Below are positions 28,379 through 30,886 of a stretch of 30,886 bases of DNA, one piece after another. Numbering within the stretch: position 1 is the stretch's first letter; each line of letters begins with the position of its first letter. The notes under the pieces were generated by a model. That model saw only the letters and a program-made list of their open reading frames with translations, was not told the origin of the DNA and ran no database searches. The position numbers and the translations under genes are program-made. Source of the DNA: Gemmatimonadota bacterium (GTDB lineage: Bacteria; Gemmatimonadota; Gemmatimonadetes; Longimicrobiales; Gaopeijiaceae); the NCBI GenBank assembly GCA_039589315.1, contig JBDHHQ010000052.1, forward strand, positions 1-30,886, written 5' to 3'.

Positions 28379-29236
28379 CTAGTTCAGGTTCAGCCCAACG
28401 GCACGGGTTCCGAGCTTGCGCTTGTGGACGCTCTCCCACTGCAGGACTTCAGCGCGGGTCTGACTGGTCGGGAGAACGTGGAGGATGGAATACCGAAACG
28501 CCGCCGGATACGCCTTGTCGTGTGCGATGAGCTCCTTCAGCATCTTGTTCCCGCCGTGGCCGTTCTTAGCGTACTCAGTCCACCGCCCCCAGATGCCGCT
28601 GGCACCGTGCGCCGAGCCGACGTACTGCTCGCCGGTCGTGGTGGCCACGATCAGGTAGATGCCGGCGACTGCTGACAGGCGGGCCGCCCAATCGACTGAA
28701 CCGCCTGGATCATCCACCAAGGCCTTCAACTCCGAGTACGTGAGTTCGAACTCCAGGTAATCCCTGAAGGTTGGCAGCACCTCACCCTTCGGGCGCACCT
28801 CGACGACGGGCTTGTCGCGCAGCTTCTGGTGCCACGAGCGTGTGGCCTTGCCCCAGTCGATGATGACCCGCCCCTCGAGGCTTTCGAACCCCGGCTGCTG
28901 CTCCAGGGTGTAGAAGTGCCGGCCCCGGGCGCGCCAGTCCGCATAGGGGCAGTCAGCGAGAGCCTTAGCGGTCTCCGCTGGCTGACGTCCCAAAACGCGG
29001 TACACCCCCACTAGGCGAGCCAGCGTCCCTCCGGCCCCGACGAAGGAGACCAGGTATTCGATCCCGTCGAACACCCGACGGCGTTGCGCGCCCTGGTATG
29101 CCTCGAACCAACCGGAACGGGTGAGCTCCTGCATGTCATAGTCTGAGGATTCGTGCCGGACGAGCTTCGAGGGCACACCGGCGTCGAAGCCACAGGTCTT
29201 CAGGAGGTCTAGGAGGCCGAGTTCTTTCTTGCTCAT
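28379..29236 (-). CDS. Stand-alone GIY-YIG nuclease family protein
   Basis: AGIYLIV...EQYVGSA, GRW (Arg), conserved Glu (QWES), terminal GLNLN; about 180-aa N-terminal domain of unknown function. Confidence 0.88.
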   Translation of the reverse strand: MSKKELGLLDLLKTCGFDAGVPSKLVRHESSDYDMQELTRSGWFEAYQGAQRRRVFDGIEYLVSFVGAGGTLARLVGVYRVLGRQPAETAKALADCPYADWRARGRHFYTLEQQPGFESLEGRVIIDWGKATRSWHQKLRDKPVVEVRPKGEVLPTFRDYLEFELTYSELKALVDDPGGSVDWAARLSAVAGIYLIVATTTGEQYVGSAHGASGIWGRWTEYAKNGHGGNKMLKELIAHDKAYPAAFRYSILHVLPTSQTRAEVLQWESVHKRKLGTRAVGLNLN

Positions 29237-29281
29237 GTGACCATCCGCGTGAGTCCTTGGAAGTGCACGGCGGGGCCCGCC

Positions 29282-30886
29282 TCACGGCTCCAGCCCGAAC
29301 CGCTCCATCAGCCTAAGGTATCCGGGATGGTCGCGGATGCCGTCGTAGATCGGATCTGTCTTCACCTCCCAGGCGGACAGGTCTCCGGGGATAGCAAACC
29401 CCTCTTCGAGGTAGGCTACCGCCGAGTCGGCTTGCCCCAGGAGGGCGTGGATTTGGGCCAATCGGGTGTAGGCCCATGGTCCAAAGATCGCGTCCCGCTC
29501 TGGGGGCATCAGCTGGAGACCCCGATGTCCGGCCTCCAAGGCTTCGTTGCGCTGCCCTGCTCCTGCGTAGGCGAGCCCGAGAGCTTGAACGAGGCGGAAG
29601 TCGGCAGCGTCGGCAGCGACTCGGGCACCCATGGTGTCAATGGCGTTCCGGAAGGCGTCGGCCGCCGCGGTCTCGTCCCCCAGGCCGCGATGGGCCATGC
29701 CCAGGTAGAGGTCCCTGGGTGCCGCCCAGAAATCGTACAAGTTCACCGCCTCCGGCCATTCCTCAAGCTCGGCAAGCAACGCTGTCCAATCGCGTCGAAG
29801 GTAGGGAAGCCAGTGCCGGAAACGCGCATCCACTCCCAACGCCTCCCCCAGGTCCCCGTCGCGAGCCCAGATGGTCAGTGCACGATCTCGGCAATAGTGC
29901 ACGCTGTGCGGGGACATTTCGAGTGCCCGATCGAAGTAGGGGACAGCCTCGTCATAGCGGCGTAGATGGTGCAGAGTCCGGGCCACATCCCAGTGGGCCC
30001 CGGCCGACCGTGGATATGTCTTCAGTGCTCCCAGGCCAGAACGAAGAGCTTCCTCCCAGCGCCCGTCCCGGCGCTCGACGTACGATCTCCAACGTTCCAG
30101 GTCCCGCAAGCTTCCCGCTTGGGCCCGGGCCAAAGCGGCCAACGCCCCCTCGTAATCCCGCTCGACGCGGTACAGGAGCATCGCGTGGGCGAAGTGTGAC
30201 TCCGGGAGGTCAGGTGCCAAATCAAGGGCCTGCTCCACCGCCGCACTAGCAAGCGTCGCATGATCTGCATACTGGCTACCAAGCTGATCTTGTCGCGCGT
30301 GGATTTGGGCAAGGCGAGCCCAAGCCACGGCGAAGTCCGGGTCCAGCCGAACTGCCTCTTCCAAGAGCGGGAGCCTGGCCCGCCCCCCCTCGATCGGCAC
30401 CATCCCACGACCGGCGGTCAAGGACTCCAAGTAGACCGCATACGCCTCGGGGCTATGTGTCCACCGTTGGGCAATACGGACGCGCTCGGCCCGCTCGACG
30501 GCGACCCGAAGGTACGAGGCGACGGAATCGGTGAGAGCCGTCTGTATGTCGAACAGACTCGCGGTCGTTAGCTCTTCATCGAAGAGCCCCGCCCACAGAT
30601 GTCCTTCGTGCGAAGTGTCGATGAGCTGGACGTTGATGCGTACACGATCGCCAGCCCGCTGCACTCCGCCTTCCAGCAAGTAGCGGACGCCAAGCTCCTG
30701 CCCGATGACGCGGACGCTCTTGGGTGTCTCCCGGTACTCCTCGACAGAGGTGCGGGCGATGACCCGCATCGCGGACACTGTAGACAGTCGGCCGATGATC
30801 TCGTCGTGCAGCCCGTCGGTGAAGTATCGGTCCTCCTCGCGTCCGCTCCGGTTCGCGAAGGGCAGTGCGGCGAGGGACGGGCGATC
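29282..30886 (-). CDS. TolB-like (TolB_N/FlgO-type) + TPR protein, 5' end outside the window
   Basis: Frame open to the window edge: DRPSLAALPFANRSGREEDRYFTDGLHDEIIGRLSTVSAMRVIARTSV...LLEGGVQRAGDRVRINVQLID, then TPRs and DPIYDGIRDHPGY end. This is the C-terminal module typical of Ser/Thr kinase or cyclase fusions. Confidence 0.88.
   Translation of the reverse strand, partial: DRPSLAALPFANRSGREEDRYFTDGLHDEIIGRLSTVSAMRVIARTSVEEYRETPKSVRVIGQELGVRYLLEGGVQRAGDRVRINVQLIDTSHEGHLWAGLFDEELTTASLFDIQTALTDSVASYLRVAVERAERVRIAQRWTHSPEAYAVYLESLTAGRGMVPIEGGRARLPLLEEAVRLDPDFAVAWARLAQIHARQDQLGSQYADHATLASAAVEQALDLAPDLPESHFAHAMLLYRVERDYEGALAALARAQAGSLRDLERWRSYVERRDGRWEEALRSGLGALKTYPRSAGAHWDVARTLHHLRRYDEAVPYFDRALEMSPHSVHYCRDRALTIWARDGDLGEALGVDARFRHWLPYLRRDWTALLAELEEWPEAVNLYDFWAAPRDLYLGMAHRGLGDETAAADAFRNAIDTMGARVAADAADFRLVQALGLAYAGAGQRNEALEAGHRGLQLMPPERDAIFGPWAYTRLAQIHALLGQADSAVAYLEEGFAIPGDLSAWEVKTDPIYDGIRDHPGYLRLMERFGLEP

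Larger units (their letters stand above)
22406..29236. mobile_element. Integrative phage-satellite/IME-like element (int-hyp-xis-primase/helicase-small ORF-GIY-YIG); boundaries approximate
   Basis: Tyrosine integrase, HTH excisionase and primase-ATPase in typical order; visibly more A/T-ending codons than the left half; no capsid or conjugation genes. att sites not identified and the right end is unknown. Confidence 0.8.

Overview
GC-rich bacterial window. The gene style (TolB-like/TPR proteins, many lipoproteins, receiver-like AraC) suggests Gemmatimonadota, but that is inference. Bases 1-22405 are core-type chromosome: etfA, M23 peptidase, moeA, OM beta-barrel, Ig/IPT-HEXXH lipoprotein, Zn-ribbon membrane protein, EamA, dacB, FAD oxidoreductase, PerR/Fur, acs, guaB, class-V aminotransferase and an MltD-like LysM transglycosylase. 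The most interesting locus lies within this stretch (7972-11002): a GAF-like/TPR protein, a 57-aa lipoprotein-signal precursor ending in three tandem HSPGS(Q/G)N heptapeptides (the ORF track shows it only as the tail of a longer ORF), and a divergent AraC-family regulator. Together they form a candidate RRNPP-like peptide-signalling cassette in a diderm. From about 22406 there is an integrative, satellite-like element: structured leader with arm-type repeats, tyrosine integrase, hypothetical gene, HTH excisionase, a DnaG-type primase fused to an MCM-like AAA+ domain with an iteron-rich palindromic origin candidate in its 3' end, a TubC_N-like small protein, and a GIY-YIG nuclease. A TolB-like/TPR gene runs off the right edge. 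All calls come from motif reading; no database searches were run.
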